A stretch of DNA of 64,000 bases from Isurus oxyrinchus (taxonomy: Eukaryota): positions 15,748,001 through 15,812,000 of the forward strand of contig JANJGN010000034.1 of assembly GCA_026770705.1 (NCBI GenBank). Direction: 5' to 3'. Numbering within the stretch: position 1 is the first letter of the stretch; every line of letters begins with the position of its first letter. The notes beneath the pieces are model-generated. The model saw only the letters and a program-made list of their open reading frames with translations, did not search any database and was not told the origin of the DNA. The translations under genes and the position numbers were made by a program. This document shows, one piece after another, positions 24,030 through 35,227 of this stretch.

Positions 24030-24620
24030 AAAGACTTAGATTTATATACTGCCTTCACACACCAAAGCTATTTACACCTAATAGTTTTTGAAGAGTGGTC
24101 ACTGTTGTAAAGTAGGAAATAACACAAATGGAACAACTTCCCAAAACTGGCATCATCAGAAACAAACTCAGCTTATCTGAGAGAGAAACTCCCTGCTCCC
24201 GTTCCGAATCGTGGCTGTCGGAGTTTCTCCATCAGAGATGGGAGACAGAGCTTTGGTTAAAGAACGCGTCCAAAAGACAGCATCTCCCTGTGTGGTGTCG
24301 CATCATTACCATACCTCCGACAGTGCAGAGCTCCCTCAGTACCAACCCACTGACAGTGCGGAGATCCCTCGGTACTGACCCTCCAACAGTGTCGTTCAAA
24401 ACCCGCAACAGACATGTGAGCTCATAAGAAATGCTGACATTCCCACTGCAGCACTGAGGGAGTGCTGCAGTGTTCGAGATTCCGTGTTTCAGTCGAGACA
24501 TTGAACTAAGGGCCCTTTTTGACCCTTCCCATGGATGAAAGTGATCCTACAGCCAGTACTGGCAGTGGAATAGGTGACTTCCTGCAGGTTTCTTTGCCAA
24601 TATTTGGCCATCAACCAACA
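24030..24620. mobile_element. Two DeuSINE fragments in opposite orientation (mirror ~34470-35055)
   Basis: cctccgacagtgcag/cagtac on one strand; cactgagggagtgctgcagtg and gccaatattt on the other. Confidence 0.6.
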
Positions 24621-25289
24621 TCCCAAGCAGAGCTCTAGGTTACCAGGAAAGATGCAATATAAACACAGGTCTGTCTTTAATGTTGGAATCATCTTGGAAG
24701 TGATGGGAGAAAATTGAAACTGGAACTTACCTGTCTGAGATATGTTGAACTGCTGGTTGGGGTACTCTCCTCGTGTCGCTATGATTGGAAACATGTTTTA
24801 CTGTCTGTGCGGCCTCAACACACACGACTTTCAATGACTTCCACACTTAAGGATAAACTGGACCTTCCTCATTGTTGTGATTGAGTTTACTGCAGTACCC
24901 AGCACACATTGATCAATCCATTTAGTTGCTGTTGGTCTTGGTTCAGTGTACGAGGCACAATGAACATCCTCATGGCTGTGGCATTTTAACCAGGTACTTT
25001 TTAATACAATCCCAACTTGTTGCCTCTACCCTGGTGAGCAGAGGTGAGAATTCCAGTCTCTTTGATATTGGGTTGACATCCAGCAGGGAACTGGAAGTCA
25101 ACCCACTGCCCATTGTATCCACCCAGACCCTCCTGGTAGCTCATTGTTAGTCAGCATAAGGACGTGTTCAGATAAAAAGAGTCTTGCTTATGGAGCACAA
25201 TCCACTGGAGGTAAAAGCAGGGGAAGGAATCAGTTGTTTCATCTTTACAATGATATATTAATTTTTGAGACGTGAGTGTCTTTGACGAA

Positions 25290-25575
25290 GCCGACATTTA
25301 TTGTCCATCCCGAGACGCCCCTTGAGAAGGTGATGATGAGCCGCCATCTTCAACCATTTCAGCCCCGTGTGGTGAAGGGGCTCCCACGAAGCCGTTAGGG
25401 AGACAGTTCCAGGATTTTGACCCAGTGACGATGAAGGAACGGCCGGTATATCTCCAAGTCGAGGCGGTGTGTGTGTGACTGGGAGGGGAGCTCGGTGGTG
25501 ATGCTGTTCCCATGCTCCTGCTGCCCTTGTCCTTCTCGGGGAGGCTGGAGGTTGTGGGTTTGGGAGGTTTTATTG
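25290..25575 (-). mobile_element. 3' end of a shark LINE (mirror ~33385-33680)
   Basis: Reverse strand reads agaaggacaagggcagcag...catgggaac...cttggag..ata..gccgttccttcatcgtcactgggtcaaaatcctggaact...gggatggacaataaatg. The tail resembles the SINE end at ~62515-62575. Confidence 0.65.
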
Positions 25576-25799
25576 AAGAACGTGGGGCTGGGAACAGAAG
25601 AGAAAGAAAACTTGTTATAATAAAAGCAAAAATACTGCAGATGCTGCAAGTTTAAACTAAAAACAGAAAAGCACCAACATTAAACTGGAATCATTAACTG
25701 TTTCTCTCCTGATCTGCTCAGTGTTTCCAGAATATTCCAATTTCACAAACTCATTCGAATGACGTTTCTCCCCACCCATAGCAGCGAAAACAGAGTCAA

Positions 25800-26130
25800 A
25801 GCCAATCAGCTGCTGGGTCACCCTGTCAATCTGTGTTCACCCCGCCCCAGCACAAACCGGATCCAATCAGCTGCCGGGTCACACTGTCAATCTGTGTTCA
25901 CCCCGCCCCAGCACAAACCGGATCCAATCAGCTGCTGGGTCGCCCTGTCAATCTGTGTTCACCCCACCGCAGCACAAACCAGATCCAATCAGTTGCCGGG
26001 TCGCCCTGTCAATCTGTGTTCACCCCGATTCAGCACAAACCGGATCCAATCAGCTGCCGGGTCGCCCTGTCAATGTGTTCACCCCGCCCCAGCACAAACC
26101 GGATCCAATCAGCTGCCGGGACGCCCTGTC
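25800..26130. repeat. 61-bp tandem array with CCAATCAGCTG, CTGTCAATC and CCCCGCCCC in each unit (about 5.5 units)
   Basis: Directly visible. 6 CCAAT boxes. Confidence 0.95.
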
Positions 26131-26152
26131 GATCAGAATCTCCACATGTGCT

Positions 26153-26163
26153 GCCGCCATTTT
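26153..26163. promoter_or_regulatory. YY1-type motif GCCGCCATTTT beside the 61-bp array (mirror 32551-32561)
   Basis: Consensus match within a CpG-rich stretch. Confidence 0.5.
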
Positions 26164-26829
26164 CTCTCGTTTTTTTTTACTGATTCTGATCCCTCCAAAA
26201 ATGACAGTTTAATCCGGTATCAGCAGGAGGAACCGCACTCCCCGCTCCCCACGGTCCCCACTCCCGCTCCCGGTCCCCGCTCCCGCTCCCCACTCCCCAC
26301 GGTCCGCACTCCCGCTCCCCGCTCCCGGTCTTCACTGAGGGACCCGCGGCTCCTTTTCCAACCATTAACCCCCCGGATAAAGAGCTGAATCCCGGTGAAG
26401 ATAAAGGAAAGTTACCCCTCGGGTGTGAGACACTGACAGGACCTGCAGCTCCTTTCCATCCATTCCCCGAGTGAGGGATCCGCTCAGAGCCGGGGACAGG
26501 GGGTCAACAGGAGAAACACTCTCACCGACCCGAAATAGGAAAGAGGCGGGGCCTGTGTCCGGCTCCATTCAGACAGGATGGGGGGGGGGGGGTGGGGGAG
26601 ATAGATCATTCCTTGTCTCTCCTCCCTCTCCCCCCGGGGCTGAAGTGAACAGTTTCCCCGGAGCCGGAAGTCGGATTATTTATTACATCCAATTCCTTCA
26701 GGGGAAAATCAGCTTTGAATCCGGCTTTTACTGATAGAGGCTGTGATATAATCCCTCACCCCCACCTAACTCACAGACAATGGAACAATCCGGTCTCCGC
26801 CCCGCCCCCCCGGTGATAAAACAAAGGAA

Positions 26830-27474
26830 CAATGTCTCCTTTAACTCCTCTCACTTTCTGCCTGCTGCAGTGAAGCCCAATGCAAACTGGAGGAACAACA
26901 CCTCATCTTCCGACTAGGCACCTTACAGCCTTCCGGTCTGAATATTGAGTTCAATAACTTTAGGTCGTGAGCTCCCTCCCCCATCCCCACCCCCTTTCTG
27001 TTTCCCCCTTTTTCCCTTTTTTTTCCCTATAAATTTTATAGATTTTTCTTTTCCCACCTATTTCCATTATTTTTAAATATTTTAAAATCTTTTATGCTCC
27101 CCCCACCCCCACTAGAGCTATACCTTGAATGCCCTACCATACATTCTTAATTAGCACATTCGTTTAGATAATATCACCAACTTTTAACTTTAACACCTAT
27201 GTGTTCTTTTGTCCCATTGTCACTGACATCTTTTGATGATCTGCTTCTATCACTGCTTGTTTGTCTACACAAGCACCTCTCTCTCTCTCTATCTCTCCGC
27301 CTCCCCCCCCCCCCCCCCCCCCACACACACCTTAAACCAGCTTATATTTCAACTCTTTCCTGGACTCGAACTCAAGTTCTGTCGAAGGGTCATGAAGACT
27401 CGAAACGTCAACTCTTTTCTTCTCCGCCGATGCTGCCAGACCTGCTGAGTTTTTCCAGGTAATTCTGTTTTTGT
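26830..27474 (+). mobile_element. Internally deleted Penelope-like fragment nested in the tail of an oppositely oriented pLTR element
   Basis: About 30 bp of RT (caatgtctcctttaactcctctcacttt) fused to the GIY-YIG 3' end and pLTR. aaaggaa is repeated at 26823-26829 and 27475-27481. Confidence 0.8.
27375..27413 (+). ncRNA. Minimal hammerhead ribozyme motif
   Basis: agtt ctgtcga a gggtc atgaa gactc gaaac gtc aact. Confidence 0.75.
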
Positions 27475-27700
27475 AAAGGAAACTGCGGATGCTGGAAATC
27501 CAAAACAAAAACAGAATTACCTGGAAAAACTCAGCAGGTCTGGCAGCATCAGCGGAGAAGAAAAGAGTTGACGTTTCGAGTCTTCATGACCCTTCGACAG
27601 AACTTTGAGTTCGAGTCCAAGAAAGAGTTGAAATATAAGCTGGTTTAAGGTGTGTGTGGGGGGGGCGGAGCGAGAGAGAGAAGTGGAGAGGGGGGTGGGG
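27475..27700 (-). mobile_element. pLTR-derived element at the junction of arm A and the third copy
   Basis: aactgcggatgctggaaatcc...aaatataagctggtttaagg. Its first bases (gataaaacaaag) lie at 26815-26829. Confidence 0.85.
27566..27604 (-). ncRNA. Minimal hammerhead ribozyme motif (inverted partner of 27375-27413)
   Basis: Exact reverse complement of the motif at 27375-27413. Confidence 0.75.
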
Positions 27701-30700
27701 CTGTGTAACCCATTGATCACTCCCTGTGTGAGATGGTAACTTCCTACTGATGAGTGAGTGGGAACATCTGGCAGTTCCTGGTGACTTTATTCACTTAGTG
27801 TGGATGATGCTGCCAGGGTCCCATTTATTGTCCATCTCTACTTGAACCACTGCAGTCTTGTCGTGATTTGTGCTCCCATAGAGGTAAATATGGGAAGAGG
27901 CTTCAGAAACTCCCTCTGCAGCAGCATCTGCTCAGTAAAAACCAGCAACGACATTATTGTCAGCAACTGTTTTATATCCTGAATTCAGATCGTAGATGGT
28001 TCACAGATTGAAACTGTTTCTTGCCAGAAATTATGAAGATATATTCGGTATATTTTAATTTTGTCTTTTTTATATAGTTTTTTGTGGCAAACAGTGAGTG
28101 GTCATATTTTACAAAGGATGTATAAAATTTCTAATGTAAATATTTTCTGAATGTGTCTATACATTTCTGTCTGGTATATTTTTTACTTTTCTACATGTTG
28201 TTTTTGATCCAAGATCTACTTAAAGATAAACCGATGCTGAAATGAGTGGATCTACAGTCTGATGTTTAATGACTCTGGTAGTCACTGCCTGAACAGAGGT
28301 CATGCTGTCTGCAGGCAGTAAGTCTCCCGATGTGAGATGTGAATGAGATTGGCTGAAGACTGGTATCTGTGATTGTGGGAATTTCCGGAGGACAGGTATG
28401 ATCATGCAGTCAGCCTTTCTGGTGATTGGGCATTAGGGGAAGGGGAGGTGTGGGGAGAAGGATTGGGAGGGAGGGAGTGTGTGATCTCCCTTCACCTTTC
28501 CTGGGGTGGAAGTGGTTAAGGCATGAACAAGCAGAGCAATTCAACTTCTTCAGGGGTGGAGACCCTTACACAGACACGGAGAGAAAATACAGGAACTTGG
28601 AAATAGTGTTCACACATCACAATAGCAACTGAATAATGACAGGAGTCCAGACTTGTTGAACCTCGTCATGAACAAGTTATATTTTATAATGTTAAAGGTG
28701 TTTTATAAATGTCCCAAGGTGCTTCACAGGAACATGCTAAAAGAGAATTTGATACCAAACCACATCTGGAGACATTAGGTCAGAGGATGAAAATGAGATC
28801 AGTTTTCCAGAGCTTGGGGCCCAGACAACTGAATTGCAGACACCTTTTAAGGAAAAATTCTCTTTTAATATAAATGTGGTTACATTGCAGCCCCCAAAAA
28901 CACAAATTCTCTTTGGCTGCCAGTTTCTCCTCCTGCCTCCATCCTTCTCCACCTGGCTGAACTTGTTCTCACCTTTACCTCCGCTCACTCACTCCACATC
29001 AAAGGTGTGAGCTATGAGCACCCACATGGACACTAGCTCTGCCGGCCTTTTAGTAGGATATGTGGAACTTTCCTTGGTCCAGTCCTACTCGGGCCCCATC
29101 CCCCACCTCTTTTACTGCTACGTTGATGACGATGACTGAATTGGTGCTGCTTTAGACTCACCCTGAACTGGAAAATTTCTTCATCTCTGCTTTCATTTTC
29201 CACCCTTTCCTCACTTTCACACAGTCCATTTCCAACTCTTGCTTTCCTCAAATTCTCTGTCACCATTTCTGGGGATGGCCTGTCAAAGAATATTCACTAG
29301 AATCCCACCCAATCCCACAGTTACCTCGACGATACTTCTCACAAGTTTCTCCCACTTGGTAACTTCTGTTCTGATCGTACAACTGATCTTTTTCCTTAAC
29401 CAATTCCCCAACACTGTGGTTAACAAGACCCCCATCCCATTTCCTGCACTTATTCTCTCACCCCTCTGACCCCTCCCACCCTACCCCCATTGCCCACTGA
29501 ACACCATGTCAGTAGTCCCCTTGTCCTCACCTTCCACCCCACCAGCCTGGAGTGGGGTTTAAACCCACAGCCTTCAGACTCTGAGTGAGTGTGTTACCCA
29601 CTGAGTCATGGCTGACGTGGGATACCTGCAGCCCTCTGTTAGCCCCACATTAACATCCAACCTTCATCTGTCAGAGTTTTAACAGAGGGGATTTAATTTC
29701 ACAGGGTTTAATCCTCAATGTGGATCCTCACTCAGGGTAAGTGAGAGTTGGAACATTTGACCAGCTGTGTTGTAGCCCTTTCTCTGTGACTACATTCACT
29801 GTGTAGGAAGACTCACTGCTGAGAGCAGAGCCTTGTTAGACAAATCCTTTAGATTCAGCAGCTTATGTAACATTGCATCGAAGCCTGATCCTGATGTCCA
29901 GCAGGAGTTTCCAGACAGGGACCCGGACAGGAATGTCATCAAGTCATTCCCCTCTCTCACTCTGAGCACTGAGATCAATATTAGCTGCTGCTCTGGCTGA
30001 GGCATCTTTTCCCTCTGGGGTCCAGATGGTCCTTTAGTCAGATCCACGTGAGGGGATATTAGAGGAAAAAACATATTCAAAGTTTTAGGCAGATTCTCAA
30101 AGAAGGGAAGAGAGATGTGGGGAGGTTTAATCTGGCATCGCAGTGAAGCTGGTGTCGGCCTGAATTTCATGCTCCGTTCTCTGGAGCAGCTCTGTGAACT
30201 CACGACCTTCAGACTCAGAGCTACCCACTGAACCAAAGGTGTGCGGGGAAGTTTGGGGAGGTTTCAGTCTCTCACACCACGGGGTCCGTTACACACTATG
30301 GTACAGGGGAATAGGCGGGGCTGTACATCCCACACTGGGAACATCCATTTCAAACACATCAGAAATAGGAGCAGGAGGAGGCCTTTCAGCCCCTCAACAC
30401 CCTTTCCCCCCCTCATTAAGATCATGCCTGATCTTGTACATCAACTCCACTTTCCACCTGATCATCACATCCTGGAATTCCCTTCGAGTCAAAATCTCTC
30501 AGCCTTGAATATACCGGTTGGCTTTCACATCTCCTGGGATCCAATTCAGGACAGCATTGATTCAGTGCTGAGTGTCTGTATTAAAATCCAACAATGACTT
30601 AGTGGGAACACTCTCACTTCTGAATCCCATTCCAGAGACATGAGCCCCATATCCAGTCTAACATTCCCAGTGCAATACTGAGGGAGTGCTGAACTTTCGG

Positions 30701-31460
30701 GGTTTCAGTAAAGGGCGTACTTCACTGTTAGAGGGTCAGTGCTGAGGGAGTTCTGCACTGTTGAAGCGTCAGTACTGAGGGAGTGCTGCACTGTCCGAGG
30801 GTCAGTACTGAGGGAGCACTGCACTGTCGGAGCATCAGGACTGAGGGAGTGCTGCACTGTCGGATGGTCAGTATTGAGGGAGTGCTGCACTGTCGGATGG
30901 TCAGCACTGAGGGAGTGTTGCACTGTCCGAGCGTCAGTACCGAGGGAGTGCTGCACTGTCGCAGGGTCAGTACTGAGTGAGTGCCGCACTGTCGGAGGGT
31001 CAGGACTGAGGGAGTGCTGCACTGTCGGAGGATCCACATGCCGGGAGAGCTGCACTGTTGGATATGCTGTTGTTCGGATGAAACATTAAACCAAAGCCTG
31101 TCTGCTCTCTCAGAGAAATGAGAAAAATCCCATGGTCACTATTTGGAAGTTAATCGTGGGGAGTTTTCCCGATGACCTGGGCCCAATATTTATCCCTAAA
31201 CCCACATCATTAAAAACAGGTGATCTGCTTTTGTCCTGACCCAGCATTTGTGGAAGCTTGCTGTGCACAAATTCACTACCGCAATTTATGCATTACCATG
31301 GTTCAAAAAGAATTCACTTCCCAGTTTGTATATTATTTTATTGTAAGTAGTAAAGTATGTTGTTGATTATAAATCACTTCGGGAGATCTTGTGTCCATGA
31401 AAGCTGCTATATCAATGCAAGTCTTGTCATCATAGAAGCTCAAAATATCTCTCTGCAATA
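27700..31460 (+). repeat. Third, more diverged copy of the arm segment 53690-57230 (reverse complement of ~1040-4450), inside the spacer
   Basis: gctgtgtaacccattgatcactccctgtgtgag at ~27700 and ~53690. Collinear through the ctgcaatactg after the SINE tail. Confidence 0.93.
30595..31430 (+). mobile_element. DeuSINE with about 10 internal 33-bp units
   Basis: (cagtactgagggagtgctgcactgtcggagggt)n followed by the SINE body and gctatatcaatgcaagtctt. Confidence 0.78.
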
Positions 31461-32581
31461 CTGGCCTTTGTTCACCTGGTGGCGCTGGTGCTCAGCAGCG
31501 GCATCAAGTGACTGACTCCATGGCAGTGGAGAGACCATGATCATGAAGCTGTTTCTGGCAGGACGAGACCAGCCCATTGCACTTCGGGTGTGCGGACGCC
31601 TGTGACGTCCCCATACGGGATACTCGACTGCAAAGTTTGTGGTAGTGGGGGACTCCGTTCGTGCTCTCCCCAGAAAAATAAAGAAACCCTTTAATACAGG
31701 AACCAGACTCTGGGTTTATCTGACTGAACCAATTTAACATGTTAATAAGTTTAGAAATAAAAACTATTAAATGAAGGATCATCGCCGGATGGTTGGGTTA
31801 GATGTGAAAACCCCGTTAACCCTGAAAGGACTCGTCCAGTCTCTGTCCCGGAAATGACGTTTACCTTTGGGAGGTTAGGGCATTACTGGGGGGGGCGGGG
31901 CGGAAACCGGATTGTTCCATTGTCTGTGAGTTAGGTGGGGGTGAGGGATTATATCACAGCCTCTATCAGTAAAAGCCGGATTCAAAGCTGATTTTCCCTG
32001 AAGGAATTGGATGTAATAAATAATCCGACTTCCGGCTCCGGGGAAACTATTCACTTCAGCCCCGGGGGGAGAGGGAGGAGAGACCGGGAATGATCTTCCC
32101 CCCCCCACCCCCCCCCCCCCCCCCCCCCATCCTGTCTGAATGGAGCCGGACACAGGCCCCGCCTCTTTCCCATTCGCGACGGTGCGAATGTCTGTCTCTA
32201 CGTTTTGACCTGTCCCCGGCTTTGAGCGGATCCCTCACTCGGGGAATGGATGGAAAGGAGCTGCAGGTCCTGTCAGTGTCTCACACCCGAGGGGTAACTT
32301 TCCTTTATCTTCACCGGGATTTAACTCTTTATCCGGGGGGGGTAATGGATGGAAAAGGAGCCGCGGGTCCCTCAGTGAAGACCGGGAGCGGGGAGCGGGA
32401 GTGCGGACCGTGGGGAGCGGGGAGCGGGAGTGGGGACCGTGGGGAGCGGGAGTGGGGACCGTGGGGAGCGGGGAGTGTGCGGTTCCTCCTGCTGATACCG
32501 GATTAAACTGTCATTTTTGGAGGGATCAGAATCAGTAAACAAAACGAGAGAAAATGGCGGCAGCACATGTGGAGATTCTGA

Positions 32582-33157
32582 TCGACAGGGCGTCTCGGCA
32601 GCTGATTGGATCCGGTTTGTGCTGGGGCGGGGTGAACGCAGATTGACAGGGCGACCCGGCAGCTGATTGGATCCGGTTTGTGCTGAATCGGGGTGAACAC
32701 AGATTGACAGGGCGATCCGGCAGCTAATTGGATCCGGTTTGTGCTGGGGCGGGGTGAACACAGATTGACAGGGCGACCCAGCAGCTGATTGGATCCGGTT
32801 TGTGCTGGGGCGGGGTGAACACAGATTGACAGTGAGACCCGGCAGCTGATTGGATCCGGTTTGTGCTGGGGCGGGGTGAACACAGATTGACATGGCGTCT
32901 CGGCAGCTGATTGGATCCGGTTTGTGCTGGGGCGGGGTGAACACATTGACAGGGCGTCCCGGCAGCTGATTGGATCCGGTTTGTGCTGGGGCGGGGTGAA
33001 CACAGATTGACAGTGAGACCCGGCAGCTGATTGGATCCGGTTTGTGCTGGGGCGGGGTGAACACAGATTGACAGGGCGACCCGGCAGCTGATTGGATCCG
33101 GTTTGTGCTGGGGCGGGGTGAACACAGATTGACAGGGCGACCCGGCAGCTGATTGGC
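32582..33157. repeat. 61-bp CCAAT/GC-box array, arm B copy (about 9.5 units)
   Basis: 10 ATTGG boxes at ~61-bp spacing. Confidence 0.95.
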
Positions 33158-33941
33158 TTTGACTCTGGTTTCGCTGCTATGGGTGGGGAGAAACGTCATT
33201 CGAATGAGTTTGTGAAATTGGAATATTCTGGAAACACTGAGCAGATCAGGAGAGAAACAGTTAATGATTCCAGTTTAATGTTGGTGCTTTTCTGTTTTTA
33301 GTTTAAACTTGCAGCATCTGCAGTATTTTTGCTTTTATTATAACAAGTTTTCTCTCTCTTCTGTTCCCAGCCCCACGTTCTTCAATAAAACCTCCCAAAC
33401 CCACAACCTCCAGCCTCCCCGAGAAGGACAAGGGCAGCAGGAGCATGGGAACAGCATCACCACCGAGCTCCCCTCCCAGTCACACACACACCGCCTCGAC
33501 TTGGAGATATACCGGCCGTTCCTTCATCGTCACTGGGTCAAAATCCTGGAACTGTCTCCCTAACGGCTCCGTGGGAGCCCCTTCACCACACGGGGCTGAA
33601 ACGGGTGAAGATGGCGGCTCATCATCACCTTCTCAAGGGGCGTCTCGGGATGGACAATAAATGTCGGCTTTGTCAAAGACACTCACGTCTCAAAAATTAA
33701 TATATCATTGTAAAGATGAAACAACTGATTCCTTCCCCTGCTTTTACCTCCAGTGGATTGTGCTGCATAAGGAAGACTCTTTTTATCTGAACATGTCCTT
33801 ATGCTGACTAACAATGAGCTACCAGGAGGGTCTGGGTGGATACAATGGGCAGTGGGTTGACTTCCAGTTCCCTGCTGGATGTCAACCCAATATCAAAGAG
33901 ACTGGAATTCTCACCTCTGCTCACCAGGGTAGAGGCAACAA

Positions 33942-34061
33942 AACAAAAACAGAATTACCTGGAAAAAACTCAGCAGGTCTGGCAGCATTGGCGGAGAAGA
34001 AAAGAGTTGACGTTTCGAGTCCTCATGACCCTTCGACAGAACTTGATTTCGAGTTCCAACA
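33942..34061 (-). mobile_element. Arm-B-specific 120-bp pLTR mini-insertion carrying the hammerhead (34005-34043), with 11-bp TSD
   Basis: agaggcaacaa at 33931-33941 and 34062-34072. Empty site in arm A at ~25017-25027. Confidence 0.9.
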
Positions 34062-35227
34062 AGAGGCAACAAGTTGGGATTGTAATAAAAAGTACCTGGT
34101 TAAAATGCCACAGCCATGAGGATGTTCATTGTGCCTCAGACACTGAACCAAGACCAACAGCAACTAAATGGATTGATCAATGTGTGCTGGGTACTGCAGT
34201 AAACTCAATCACAACAATGAGGAAGGTCCAGTTTATCCTTAAGTGTGGAAGTCATTGAAAGTCGTGTGTGTTGAGGCCGCACAGACAGTAAAACATGTTT
34301 CCAATTATAGCGACACGAGGAGAGGACCCCAACTAGCAGTTCAACATATCTCAGACAGGTAAGTTTCAGTTTTCTCCCATCACTTCCAAGATGATTCCAA
34401 CATTAAAGACAGACCTGTGTTTATATTGCATCTTTCCTGGTAACCTAGAGCTCTGCTTGGGATGTTGGTTGATGGCCAAATATTGGCAAACAAACCTGGA
34501 GGAAGTCACCTATTCCACTGCCAGTACTGGCTGTACGATCACTTTCATCCATGGGAAGGGTCAAAAAGGGCCCTTAGTTCATTGTCTCGACTGAAACATG
34601 GAACCTCGAACACTGCAGCACTCCCTCAGTGCTGCAGTGGGAACGTCAGCATTTCTTATGAGCTCACATGTCTGTTGCGGGTTTTGAACGACACTGTTGG
34701 AGGGTCAGTACCGAGGGATCTCCGCACTGTCAGGGGGTTGGTACTGAGGGAGCTCTGCACTGTCGGAGGTATGGTAATGATGCGACACCACACAGGGAGA
34801 TGCTGTCTTTTGGACGCGTTCTTTAACCAAAGCTCTGTCTCCCATCTCTGATGGAGAAACTCCGACAGCCACGATTCGGAACGGGAGCAGGGAGTTTCTC
34901 TCTCAGATAAGCTGAATTTGTTTCTGATGATGCCAGTTTTGGGAAGTTGCTCCATTTGTGTTATTTCCTACTTTACAACAGTGACCACTCTTCAAAAACT
35001 ATTAGGTGTAAATAGCTTTGGTGTGTGAAGGCATTATATAAATCTAAGTCTTTTTTCACAGTTATTCAAAGGATTCCCTGCAATACTGACCTTTATTCAC
35101 CTCACCATCTCCTGGATAAACCCCTTTAATACAGGAACGGGACTCTGGGTTTATCTGACTGAACCCCTTTAATACAGGAACCAGACTCTGGGTTTATCTG
35201 AATGAAACCAGTTAACGCAGGAACAGG

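Larger units (their letters stand above)
1..26815. repeat. Arm A of a ~26.5-kb inverted segmental duplication (probably continues left of the window)
   Basis: Base 1 (tcctgattccccc) is the reverse complement of ~58341-58353. Mirrored ORF pairs run throughout (15247-15771 vs 42176-42700; 22360-23589 vs 35596-36723). Homology ends near 26815 vs 31885. Confidence 0.97.

Noticed and set aside
25759-26388. Repeat ORFs over the 61-bp array (also 32372-33199)
   Set aside because: The 61-bp unit cycles through frames, no domain is recognisable, and the content looks regulatory.
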